A DNA stretch of 63,993 nt, counting the filler, from Piptocephalis cylindrospora (lineage: Eukaryota), in NCBI GenBank assembly GCA_003614145.1. It is 4 parts of 4 records of this genome, joined end to end, with 100 filler letters (N's around TTAATTAATTAA, not from the genome) between each part and the next. Parts side by side here need not be neighbours in the genome. Positions count along the whole stretch, not along the records: positions 35,775 to 53,456 come from KZ987850.1; 3 more parts are not named here. One strand, 5' to 3'. Made by a program: the position numbers and the translations under genes. The notes below the pieces were generated by a model, which saw nothing but the letters and a program-made list of their open reading frames with translations, did no database searches and was not told the DNA's origin. Below, piece after piece: positions 35,775 to 47,700 of the stretch (the first letter of the stretch is position 1; every line of letters starts with the position of its first letter).

Positions 35775-38700
35775 CCACCTCCACTTCTTCTCCTTCCTCC
35801 TCCTCTTCTTCTTCTTCAACAGCCTCATCCCCACTTACACCCTTGCCCTTCTCTCCTTGCTTTACCCCATTCATCGGTAGACCCAACGCCTCCCTACCAG
35901 TCAATCCATGAGCCGAGCCGATGCTTTTGGCCGCTTTCCTTACCCTCTGGATCCCTAAGCCTTCCTCGTTGACCTTAGAGGTGGATGATCCTGAACCAGG
36001 ATCTGTCCCATGGGATACCCTTCTCATCTGTACCACTCGAGCTCCACGTCCTTTTCCGGTCCGACCTGGTGGTACCGAGGGGAAAGTCACCTGGAAAGCC
36101 CTATCCTCCTCCCTGTCCTCCAAGTATTCCAGATCTCCCTCAGGAATATACCTGCCATCTTCCTCCTCTTCCTCCTCTTTACCCCTCCTGATCATCCCTC
36201 CCATAGGACCAGTAGATACCGTGGCCGATCTTGCCCTTCCACCATGACCTTTGACCCCATCGGCCTCCATCCCCTCTCCTTCTATCCCAACTCCAGGACC
36301 AGTGGTCTGAAGGACTTTCCAGATGAAAATAGTCCCATCTGTAGAAGTAGAAAGGGCTCGCTGGCCATCCAGGGTCAATTTGACTCCAGTAAGCATCTCC
36401 GAGTGCCCCCCTACGCCCTGGAGGACGGATTGGGCTGATAGATCGTGTAGCCGAATGAGTCGGTCACTCCCACAGGTCACAGCCAGCTTTCCAGTGGCAT
36501 CCACCGATAGGTCTAGGAGCGCCCCGTCAGATCGGGATCCCAAGCCCTTACTGGATACCCCAGTCGCTTCTCCTTCCCCAGCACCTCCTCCCCCTACACT
36601 TGCTCCTCCCCGCCCCTCTCCGCCTCCTCCCACGCTCATCCCTTCATCCGCCCCCACAGGATGAATGCCGCTTCCTGGTATCATGCCACTGCCCACAGCG
36701 CCACTCCCTAGCCCCCCACCAAAATGTCCAGCCTTCCCGAGGGACGTAGTGTGATTGGGGGAAAGGGGACAGGTAGTAGTGTTTGGGGTGACGGAACCAC
36801 GAGATCCAGGGTCCGTCGTGGAGGAGGGAAGAGTAGCCTCCACTTTATGGGATCCCACCAATCTTCCGGTCCTCCCATCAAAGACATGCACTCTCCTATC
36901 CTGCCCTACACTGTATAACCTTTTCTCCTCCCCATCCAAGTCCATTCCATTAATGGTGGACCTTCCACTATAAATATGGTGAGTGGTAAAGTAAGGTAAT
37001 CGAGTAGACTAGAACGGGGGAAAAAAAGAGAAAGGATGAGGATGTATCCCTTCTTGCTCCTTAATTACCCAAAGTGAAATGGACGCTTACCTCGGTACAG
37101 GACCGGAAGATGATACTCTTATCGGCCCCACAGCTACTCAGTCTCTTACCTCCATCGGTAAAGGCCACGGCAAGGATGGAGGAAGAGTGATCATCCAAAG
37201 TTTGGACGAGCTGAAATTGCTTTCTTACATCAAAGACATGGACCAGCCGATCCCTACTGGCCGAAACAAGGAGGTAGGGCCAGGACCCCTGGGAGTCCGA
37301 GACGGACGACCTTGGACTGTCCGGGGATACCGGAGGGGAGGGAAGGGAGGGGGGAGGGGAGGAAAAGTCGATGGAGAGGATTTCTGCATCATGAGCCTCA
37401 TGACACACGAGCTCTTTGAACGTGATCAAATCGTGGACTCTATCAAGGAAGGGGAAATAAGTGCCTGAAGAAAGGAAAAAGCAAAGCATCCTAGACCAGG
37501 GCCTACCTTAGATTACCACACCGATCGCCACTAGCAAGATATTTGGCATCTTGACTAATCCTCAGGGCCCGGACACCCACAAGGTTGTCCGTCATCCAAA
37601 GGGAAGGGTCCATGCTAAGGACATCGCCATTAGTGCCATCCTCCCAAGGAGGATTGATGTAGAGGACCTGAGAAAGGGATCTGGAAGGTCCGAAATAATC
37701 CCTAACGGTTGGGTTCGTCTTTCCGCGAATCTCGACGGTCTTGGCCTCCTCTCCGGTCGCTCCGATCGTCTCGTCCTCTACGGATCCGGAAAGGTGAGGG
37801 AGACGCCAAAAGCGTACAGTACCATCAGAGGAATAGGAGGCAAAAGAGGCGCGATTCAAAGAGTGTGAGTCCAGACCAGTAGGCATCATCTCTACTCCCC
37901 AAACGGCCCTGGAGTGGAAAGAGAGGGTACGTAGACGTCGGACCTGACCATCGGCTGGTTGAACATCCCAGACGATGAGGGAATGGTCTTCGTAGGCACA
38001 GATCAGGTACCTACCCCCATAGAGACCGGCGCGAAGGGCGATGACCGAGGGGAAGGCCAGGTTGTGAGAAGGGGGAAGGGGATGGGAAGAGGAGTGAATA
38101 CGGCCCCAAGGGGCAGGTCGAGGCAAGGAGCCGAGATACTCCAAGGTGCGGGGCTGGAAGAGACGGACGGTACCGTCGGTCCCTCCACACCCTAGGATAC
38201 CATCATGAAGGGTAAGACTAGAGACACCACGGATTTGAAGATCGACATGACGTTGCAGGAATCGATCGGGGGTGAAGAGGCAGAGGAGACCGGTGGATGT
38301 GACGGCATATGTGTAGTTCCCTTCCTCCTCCCCTGCCGTATCGCCTACGGATCCCCCAGGGCCACAGACCACATCGACAAAGGCACTATTCTGCAGGTCG
38401 CCCAGAATGCCAGCTCTTCCCTCCAACACGCGGATTTGGTCTTTAGCGGCAAGATTTTGACTTTTGCTCTACAATACCCCAGTGTATGGGTGAGATGTAT
38501 GATATTTCCGAGTATCCTAGCAAATGAGATACCTTATAGATAGGAACTAGACCTTGTTGGTCAAAGTACCAAAATTTGACGGAACGAACTCCAACGGTAA
38601 CACAAAAGGTCCCATCTGGAGAAAAGGCAAGACCATGGACCTGGGGATGGGGAAGTAGTGTATGAGGGGGATGGGATGGGATAACCAATCAAATTTCCTC

Positions 38701-39622
38701 CTGTCCGTCCCTGTAGAATGAATGATACCTTGGTACTTAGACGATTAGAGGCAAGCTTTAAGCCCTGTCTCCAGCCCCAAACACAAAGAAAGCCATCGTG
38801 CTATCTCCGGGGAATAGGAAGGGTCAGGAAACAGATAACACGTTCCAGATTATTCTTTCCCGTATCTATATATATATCTCTCTCTCTCTTCCTTACCTGA
38901 AATCCAACAGAGACAATGTACCGATCATTGGGGGAAAACGCTAGGGAGAGGACACCAAAGCGATGGCCTTGCATATACGAGATAATTTCCAAAGTCAGTG
39001 TATCCCAAACCAGGATACGAGGATCGTGGCCGACTTCACCCGCGGCAAGATACCGACCGTCCGAAGAGATGGCCAGACACCTTAGGGTCTTTAGCGTATG
39101 GGTAAAAGGAGGAGGGGTAGAGGAGGAAGAGGCGGAGGTTGGAGTGGTGGGGGATGAGGCGGAGGAAGGGGTGAGGAGGGAGGGGCCATTGGTTGGGATA
39201 GTACGACGAGGGCCCATAGAGCCTCTACCCGGATGGCCATTCACGCCGTCGGGGACTCCAGGAGACGTGGTGATGGGGAGGTAGAGACTGAGAGCCGATA
39301 AAAAGGCGACCTGTTGATCCCGAAGATAATCGTACAAAACGACGGTGGATCCGGCAATGTAGGCAATAAGAGGCCGAGTGGGATGGGTGATGAGAGAGGC
39401 ATTTCGCTTGGAGGTGAACCCCAAGACACTTTCCAGGACCAGACGAGTGTGGGGAGCAATGTGCTTCTTTCGACGTCGCATAGGCTGTTCAGTAGAGGGG
39501 ACGGCGGTGTAGGCACGACGGCGTCCGCTGTTCCCTGAGGCCTGCGGTCCATTCAAGGGGGGGGTGCCCAGGGAAGGGGCCAGGGAGGGACGTTTGGCCC
39601 GAGGACGAGATGCAAAGGACAT
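35775..39622 (-). CDS. WD40-repeat protein of the WDR62/MAPKBP1 family; 3' end truncated by contig break
   Basis: LVLESVLGFTS..IAYIAGSTVVLYD, LAAGEVGHDPRILVWD, IVSVGFQ|HDG, LASGDRCGNLR, EAHDAEILSIDFS, SASRDRLVHVFD..QTLDDHSSSI..SCGADKSIIFR, GHSEMLTGVK; at least 6 exons. Confidence 0.88.
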
Positions 39623-40767
39623 GAGGTAGGAAGGCTTTGACTTGTAGAAAAGGCGAAAGCGTGAGTCAATGAAAGCAAAAAAAAGGGGGGATGGAATGAA
39701 GGCTTGAAGCAAAGCAGGATGGGGGGGATGGAATGAGAAAGCAAAGGGAAAAGGCGGAAATGAAGAAAAAGAATGAGGACGGAACAAAGAGATAGACCCA
39801 AAGCGACAAGTCCGAGACGTGGCAATCAGGAAGAAAGACAAAGAAGGGGGAGAAGGTAGATGAAGGGAACTACCAAGGGGACAGGGGATGGAGAAGAGGA
39901 GGAGGAAGAAGAAGGAAGAAGAATGGAGGAAGGAGTTAGGATGGGGGAGCGCTTCAGGAGGACAACACGACTAGGACGGAGCTTTTTTATGTCGATCCCT
40001 CCTCTTCCATCTCCCCTCTTGAAGAGGTATGGCTAGACCTCCTGAACCTGCCATTCCCAACATCCGCCACTCACCTCCCTTCCGTCATACGGCCATGCCA
40101 AGCAAGATGGATGGGGGAGGCTCTGAAACAGCCTCAATGGGCAGGAGATAGGGAGGACGGAGTGGACAGGAAGCCCAGACTCCGCCCGACTACGCCACCA
40201 TCGATGCTACTTCCATCTGGTGTGGACCATGACACCATCTCCTCTGGCACGCCACAACCAATTCTGGTATGGAAAATAGGATGTGTGTATCCTTAAAGCA
40301 TTTGTTCATTCCAAAACCAATACCTGTTAGGTTACATATACATGCAGACAGAAAAAGGTAGGGGAGATCAAGCCTCACCTCCCTCAGATCCAATGTGAGA
40401 GTCATGGGAGATGTTGTTGATGTTTTGACCAGGGAAAAAGGGGGGGGGGGATTCTGAGGGGGATGGCCCAAAAAGTGTGTGTGAGGACGAGACGGACAAT
40501 GCACATGTCAATCAACGCACAAAAATGACCCATAAGAGGCTTGGACCTTGAATGAAAGGTGTCTGAGGCACAGATGATCCTTTCGAGGAATGAGGCGCCT
40601 GAGCTGCCTAGTAGGTACTGTACTGTATATCACCACAGCACTACTATTAACGAAATATGACACTCACATACAATGACCCTATAAAGAGAAGAGATTGTAT
40701 TGATGGACATACACTTCCTTAACTAGTCAAGATACTCCTCATATTGGGGCCGAGAGAAAGAAGTAGA

Positions 40768-42794
40768 CTAATCCACCCAAATTCCCTTGTTGTAATGGGT
40801 GAATTCCTGGAAGAAGGCGGTAAAGAGATCGATCGAATGACCCACATCATCCGTACCCGCCACCTCCCGAATACTGTGCATGCTGAGCTGAGGGGCGCCA
40901 ACATCTATGGACAAGGAGGAGTGGATGAAGGATAAGGATGAGAGGCGCATTTTAACGCGATGAAAAGGGCAATATCTGTACATACCGACGGTACGAAGGC
41001 CGAGTCGGGCCGAGAGCATAGGACCAATGGTGGAGCCGCAGGGGGAATCGTTACGCACGACGAACTCTTGGATAGGGATCGTATGCTTCGCTGCCAATTC
41101 CCGTAAGACCAATCCGGTCACAGCCGTCGTGGCATACCTCTACGGGTAGAGGAGAGTAAATTATATGAGTTGCCAAAATGAAAAAAAAGGAAAAGAAGAG
41201 CACTGATTCATCCCATACCTGGTTGACATTGCGCTTAATGACAATACCACGATGCATCTGAGGCTGATGGTTATCCTCGTGCTTTTCGCTAAAGTTGGGA
41301 TGAACGGCGTGGGCCATATCGGCACTGATCATGTAACTCCGGTGCACGCCCTCTTCAAAGGCTGTGGGGCTTTGGCCGGTGGCTTGGATTCGACGCATCG
41401 TTGTCTCCATCAGGGAGGAATTGGCTCCATAAGCCGAGGTCGACCCAACTTCCTCATTGTCAAACAAGGCAATCAGTCGGATGTTTTCCTCCTCATCCAA
41501 GGACCCATCTTCTTCGGTCGATCGGATCAGCGACTCGACGGAGCAGTAGGACATCATGAGATTATCCAGACGGGCCGAGAAGATAAATTCATTCTTGAGC
41601 CCCCCAATGGCCGAGGGCTGAGAATCATAAAGACACGCCTCAAAGTCGACAATGTCCTTGACTATAGGAAGGATGAAGATGATAAGATGAGCTAATCGCT
41701 CCTCCATGGAATAAACAAAGAAACCCTCATTCTTTCCTCCTACCATCGACGGAAAGCTCCTCGGCCATGGCCTGAAGAAGTTCGGGGTGGTGGGCTCCAA
41801 TCTGACGGGAGACGGAGAACAACAAACCGTCAGCGGCCTTTTTTGTCTCGGCATCCCCCTTACCGCAGGAACTGAGAAAAGAGGTAAGCATACACATAGG
41901 CCGAAGCTCGACTAATGATCCCCTCTGTATGCTCAAAGACTCACCTTTTGTATTCGGTAGCCAAAATGGGGGTAAGGTGGGTCTCGTTGTTGAACTGGAA
42001 TTTTTCATTCGTTGATCTATCCAAGTGAATAGCCAAGGTGGGAATACGAAGGATGGGCCTGGAAGAAGAGGAAGATGAGTGAATGAAGAAATCAAGAACT
42101 TTTGACATTGCCATGAAGGAGCGCTTACTTGGCAATATTGAAGAGCCGATGAGCATACTGACCCTCCCCATTGGCGACCATGGCGCGTCCGGCAAGGCCA
42201 AGATCTCTGTCGAACCAAGAATGCCTAGTTCCATTCATGCCATCATGATAAGAGCGGGATTAGCCGAGTCCCTCCTCTGGAATCTCATTTATCCACCCCA
42301 TTCAACACTTCTTACCAAATACCTCCGCCGTAGGTCTGAACCCCAACTTGAAGATACCCGGCCTTTTCCTTCTTGGACACTGGCTTCAACTATACAGGGG
42401 CGTCAGTTAAATGATGCCAAAACACGTACGCCCTCTCCTATCCTAGGCTCACCTTGAGGCATGGACTATCGGTATGGGCAGCCACGATAGAGATACCGTT
42501 TCCAGGAGTCCACTTGGCCCCAACAGCAAAGGCAACCAAGGTGGACTGATTCCGGGTGAAAAAGTACTTGCCCTTGGGATTAATCGTCTTGGCCCAGTTC
42601 TCATTCTCGTGAAGCTCGGTAAACCCAGCCGAGTTTAGGCGCTCCTTGCACGCAGCAACGGCATGGAAGGGCGTGGGGGACTGGTTGACAAATTGCACAA
42701 AGTTGGCAGCGGGCTTGATCGAGGCAGAAGAGGCAGACATAGTACGGGTCAGAGACGAGACGAGAGAGGGAGAGGTGGAGGAGGGAAGACGCAT
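40768..42794 (-). CDS. APE4: aspartyl aminopeptidase (M18, DNPEP/Ape4), about 8 exons
   Basis: [72 protein letters not shown]; a second in-frame ATG lies at 42740. Confidence 0.95.
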
Positions 42795-42956
42795 GGTACC
42801 TGGGAGACAAGACGTGAGAAAATCTTGGCGGGGGTAAAGAGTAAGAAGAGGAAGAATAAGGGTGAGGAGCGCGGGAGAACGTGGCACGGGCACGCGTTCA
42901 TGAATACTTTGCAAGTAAAGCGGTAACTGTAAGTTTGTGTAGCAGAAATCTTAACG

Positions 42957-43029
42957 GCAGCTTTAGCTCAGTTGGGAGAGCGTTAGACTGAAGATCTAAA
43001 GGTCCTGTGTTCAATCCACAGAAGCTGCA
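42957..43029 (+). tRNA. tRNA-Phe(GAA), intronless
   Basis: Acceptor stem GCAGCTT/AAGCTGC plus discriminator A; D arm GCTC-AGTTGGGA-GAGC; anticodon arm TTAGA-CTGAAGA-TCTAA; T arm CTGTG-TTCAATC-CACAG; followed by TTTGTTTT (Pol III terminator-like). Confidence 0.96.
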
Positions 43030-43150
43030 TTTGTTTTGACTGACTATCTTTTTGAAAGAATGGTAGGAAAGATATAAGGTTCACCAACGCAATCCCACTT
43101 TCATTAAAAAACGAGCTCATTCTCAAGGTGTAGTTTGCATTTCAGTAGCA

Positions 43151-43897
43151 TTAGAAACACTCAACAGTCACGTCTTTTCCGTCCTTACTCTTCCAGACAG
43201 CGACCGAGGCACCATCAGTGGAGCTTCGAAGGTTCTCGGGCAGAACTGCACATTCTTTGCCCAACTCCCGAACCATGGCCGTGGGGGCCATGATGACTTC
43301 AGTCACGCCAAACCCATCATTAGTTGCCTCATGCGACTCAAGCAGCACTTGCACGCGATCATCAAGCTCCTTGGCTGTTTTGGGCACTGTCTTAACATCA
43401 ATGCACCGCACCGGGATAGAAAAACAAGTGGGCAGACGGGAAGCAGGGGTAGCTCGACGTTGCAAGGTTCGGGCAATACCATGGAAACGATAATCTTTGG
43501 GTCCAGTCTCTGGGGTTGTGCAATTGGCCGGGAAGGTAAAGTCTGCATCCTTGATATCCCCGCACACCTTGTAATCCTTTGGGAAGCCCCAGTCCCGGAC
43601 GTAAAGGTCATTGACCGCCTCGATGCGCGCATAGATGGGACGAGTGGTCCCGGTAGGGGGAATAGGCAGTTGAGGCTGAGCAATTCCCTTGAGGATACGG
43701 AGGAGACCATCGGGCGTAGTAGCATCCAAGGATTGATCAATGGTCGAAGAGGACACATGAGCAATCGGGGCACTCATCACAGGGGTCATGGTGCCATTGG
43801 TAGGGTCATTAGACGCAATGACCGCACCTAGGCTCAGAGAGGTGAGTGAAGCCGACAAGGGAAGGGGAAATAGGAGGGAGGAGAGGGTAGGGAGCAT
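43151..43897 (-). CDS. orphan secreted protein, about 248 aa, 6 Cys, intronless
   Basis: ATG 43897 starts a signal-like MLPTLSSLLFPLPLSASLTSLSLGA, then a Ser/Thr linker and a domain with six Cys; no family recognised. Confidence 0.65.
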   Translation of the reverse strand: MLPTLSSLLFPLPLSASLTSLSLGAVIASNDPTNGTMTPVMSAPIAHVSSSTIDQSLDATTPDGLLRILKGIAQPQLPIPPTGTTRPIYARIEAVNDLYVRDWGFPKDYKVCGDIKDADFTFPANCTTPETGPKDYRFHGIARTLQRRATPASRLPTCFSIPVRCIDVKTVPKTAKELDDRVQVLLESHEATNDGFGVTEVIMAPTAMVRELGKECAVLPENLRSSTDGASVAVWKSKDGKDVTVECF

Positions 43898-44725
43898 GGT
43901 GAGATCAGTACTTGGAGGAAAGAATTGAGGTGAGAAGTGGTAATGGGGATGGTGAAAGACGTAAGGGTTCAAAAGGAGAAAGTAGGATCTCAATACGAAT
44001 AGGACTTGGTGCTGTTAAAAAGCAGGGGAAGAGTGCGTGTCAAGGAGCAAAAGTATAAAGGGCCTTTTGAGGTGCAGTGAAGGAGCAATCAAGGACGTGA
44101 TGGGAGGTGGAGAAGGAAGGGGTGAATAATCAAGGGGGGCTGTAGTGGCAGGGGAGGGAGCAAGGACGGATCATTGCGCCCTTTTAAGGCCAAAAGGCAG
44201 GCCAGAGGATCTTCCTTTCTCCCTCTACACCCCACAAATGATATACTAAGCCCCAAGAGCCCACTTGTGCCTCACTGGAGATGGGGGATGAATGACCAAG
44301 AGGATGTGAGCGGGAAGAGCGAGCCGCTCCCATTGGGTTCTATCACTTTACCCGAGATACACATATCTATTTTTAGCGGAATGAAGGACAAAGCCCTCGT
44401 CGTCACTGCCATGCGACAGAAGCGGAGGGAAGCTGGAGGGTAATTGGTGAGGACTCACCCTACAGAGCCCTTCTTTCAACTCCGACCCCATATGCCTCTA
44501 GTGCACTGAATGCTGCTGCTGCTAACAACAGCAAAGGTCTGACCCCAGGGACACACAACTCCAAATGCGTCAGAAACATTAATTCAAATGCCTCGAGGAG
44601 GATATTAGATCTGTGCGCGGGAAAATCAAAATGGCGAAAAGTCGGGAAGCCATAATGCACCGCCCAAATATATCATGCCCAAAAAAGTTCTTGAAGGACA
44701 TCAAAGGTACATTCCTTCATCCTAC

Positions 44726-47700
44726 TCAACGCATCATCCCAACCCGGCAGTACTTGTCTGGGACCATGAGAAAGTAATTCTCCATCGCCTCTCTGAATCG
44801 CTTCTTGTACTGCTTGGGTGTAATGATCGTTGGCTCCTTCCCACCCCCGCCTAGGAATCCCGTTTCCTTGACCCAGCTCTCCAGTTTTTTTGTCCCACGT
44901 AAAGGTCCGGATAAAGTCTATACGCCATCGCCCGTGATGATAGGAAACATTGAGTCTACGAGACAAGAGAGATCTCATGCCCAATCACCATCATAAAAAA
45001 AAGAGTACTTACCGACAATCCCCACTACCAAGTCCCCCTTCTCCTCATCCACCCCGACCAGTAAAGAGTAATCCATGATGTTAAATTTAGACAAGAACAG
45101 CGTGTCATTCCACACCGATTGTCTAAGAAGGATCTTGGAGTGCTCCCGAATCAAGAGAGGTGACTCGTAGATCACTGCGTGTAAGAAGAGGAAGACAATT
45201 TTAGAGGTTAGGAAGGGATTAGGAAGAAATTAGAGTCGATCCATCAACTCTAGCATTCCCCTCCCTCTCATCTCCACCACTTACGCTCGACCAAATTCTC
45301 ATCTAGAAGCACCGCATGCTTCTCCTCCGTACTCACATGCCGATTCCGCATGGAGCCTTTAAGGTCAAAAATTTTGGTAAAGTTCCGGTTGTAAAATAGA
45401 TTCTCCATAATCAGCACATCCAGTCGGATTGATTTACCCGTCACCGGATTCTTGAAGCCGATCCGGTAAAACCCAAATACCTTGGCCAGCATTGTGGGTA
45501 GCTCGTGGAAGAACGACCGGGACATGTACGCAAAGTAAGCTGGAGCAAACGTAAGGAAGGCATCCAACTCGGCCCGGGACATTTGCTTGATCAACAGTCG
45601 GTCATCTCGTGTCTTCAGAAATGCCGATCCCGATTTGCCTCCGGATGCCGACCACCGTACGCAGCGGGAGAGTGACTCAATATATGTTGTCCCATCATAA
45701 CCACAATTCCGCCGAAGGGCCTCAAACTGCCCCGCAAAGAACACCTTGCAGTACAGCTTGATAGATCCCTCCGCGTCAAATTGATACTTTATATGGTTTT
45801 CCGATGGATTCAGCAAAGCCTCCTTGATCTCTGGTACTGTCTTCTTCATCCTTTCTCCAGGGCCTACAGGAAAGGTGAACGGACCATGTCCGGGACTGGA
45901 GAAGTAATCCCTCTCCTTTTCCTCCATCCCCCCAGCTCCTCGTCGACTGGGACCCCCAGACCCTTCTTCCATCCGGGGAGAGCCCAGCGGAGAAGGTGCA
46001 CGGGATATCATAGTTGGACGAGGGGCCAAATCAGGGGAGGGGCAGGCCGAGGAAATGATGTTGGGAGTAAGGGTAGGAAGAGAAGATCGGGAAAACTTCT
46101 TTCCCAAGTCCTTGATAGATCCTGGTGGCCCAGCACGACCCTTACTCTTTCTATCCTCCTCCGGCTCCTTCTTCTTCTTACTTCTCTCCTCCTCTGTACC
46201 CCCACTCCTTTCATCCACTCCAGCCTTCCCCTGCCCTCGAGTTTCCTTGGGGGTCGTGGATCCTCCAGGTACATTTACCACCGGGCTACCGCCCGCCATC
46301 CCAGCAATTACTGGGTTTACCGCAGAGCTGGAGGCCCCAGAGGAGGAGAAGGAGGAAGAAGAGGATACTGTGGATACCGTAGAGGAGGCTGATGAAGGTG
46401 TCGTAGAGATCCGGTGAGGCAGCGGTGCACCCTTTGGATTCAGCGGTGTAATGAGCGTGGGCGAAGCTGGAGGGTGTAAAATGGATTTCGACACTCCCTC
46501 TTCGTCTCCCTTTAGGCCTTCTTCACCCTGCTTCAGTGCCTCCCCCTCCTTGGATGCCTCCTCTCCCATCCGCCCATCCCCTTCATCCTTCCAATGTAGG
46601 TCTGTTCCATCCCCATTCACATGGTCCATGTCATCTGCAAGCCCCTGACCTTGACCCCTATCGGACCTCGGATTATCCTGCATTTGCCTCAGTTCCTCTC
46701 TGTATTCCTTGGAGCTAAAGATACAATATAAAAATTCGGCTTTGTTAGTACTTCTCTCTCCCTTCATCATCCTTCCTCACCATTACCTATACTAACCTAA
46801 GCGAAAAGGCAATGATGGAACTTGGCTCATTCTCCCGCACCATCACAGGTGCTTTGTGGAATAGATGCTCCGAGGTCTCTAAGGGGTACTGCAAGGGATG
46901 AATGGTCTCAACGGAAGGATCTCCGGTAGCCCAGAGATTTGTGATGGTCTTGACCAAAGAAAGTCGATCGGGGTGGGCTCCTTCGGCCGTCGGGGTCCCG
47001 GCAGATACGGCTCTCCTGGGCCCCCCAAAATCCATTGCCCCGGCCAAGCCTGGCCCAAGGGTCAATCCACCCATCCGCCGAGCAAGGTGTCGTCGTGTCT
47101 TTTCCCTTAAAGGCGACTTTCCCTTAGAGTCCCCCTCCTCTAGGCTTCCCACATCCTCCTTTCCATCATCCTTTCCAATCTTTTTGCTCTCGTCCATCTC
47201 CGCCTCCCGGCCTTCATCCTCTCCCTTCCTCTTCCCCACTCCAACCTTTCCCAGTTTTCTTTCATCGTCATCATCGCTAACATCTTCCTGGACTGCCACA
47301 AGAGGGCGCCGAGATCGAGGAGTGGTTCTTCGAAACCTAATATCACTCGTCCCTTCCATATCCGAATCATTGCTTCTCCTAGAACCATCCTCCCCCTCCT
47401 CCACACCATCATCATCATCATCGTCGTCTCCGAGACTTCCTTCGGATTCGATAGATCCCTCACCATACTGCTTCATCATCTCCTCAATGCCATATGACAG
47501 AATATCATCCTCCTCATCTTCTGTATCAGGGCTACGGTCTCGTCGCGACTTCCTCTCCCCTCGTCTTGAAGCAGGAGGCGTCCTCATTAGACGCGGAGGC
47601 TCCTCATCCTCCCGTCCTCTCCCCCTTTCCTTGGGAATTCTACCTGTGGCGTCATTCCTCCGCCTAGGACGCCCCAAAGACCCCTCAAATTCCTCCTCAT

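Noticed and set aside
44184..44211. Minus-strand GCCTTTTGGC resembling the U2 snRNA 5' stem
   Set aside because: It lacks the following GATCAAGTGTAGTA branch-pairing sequence and an Sm site.
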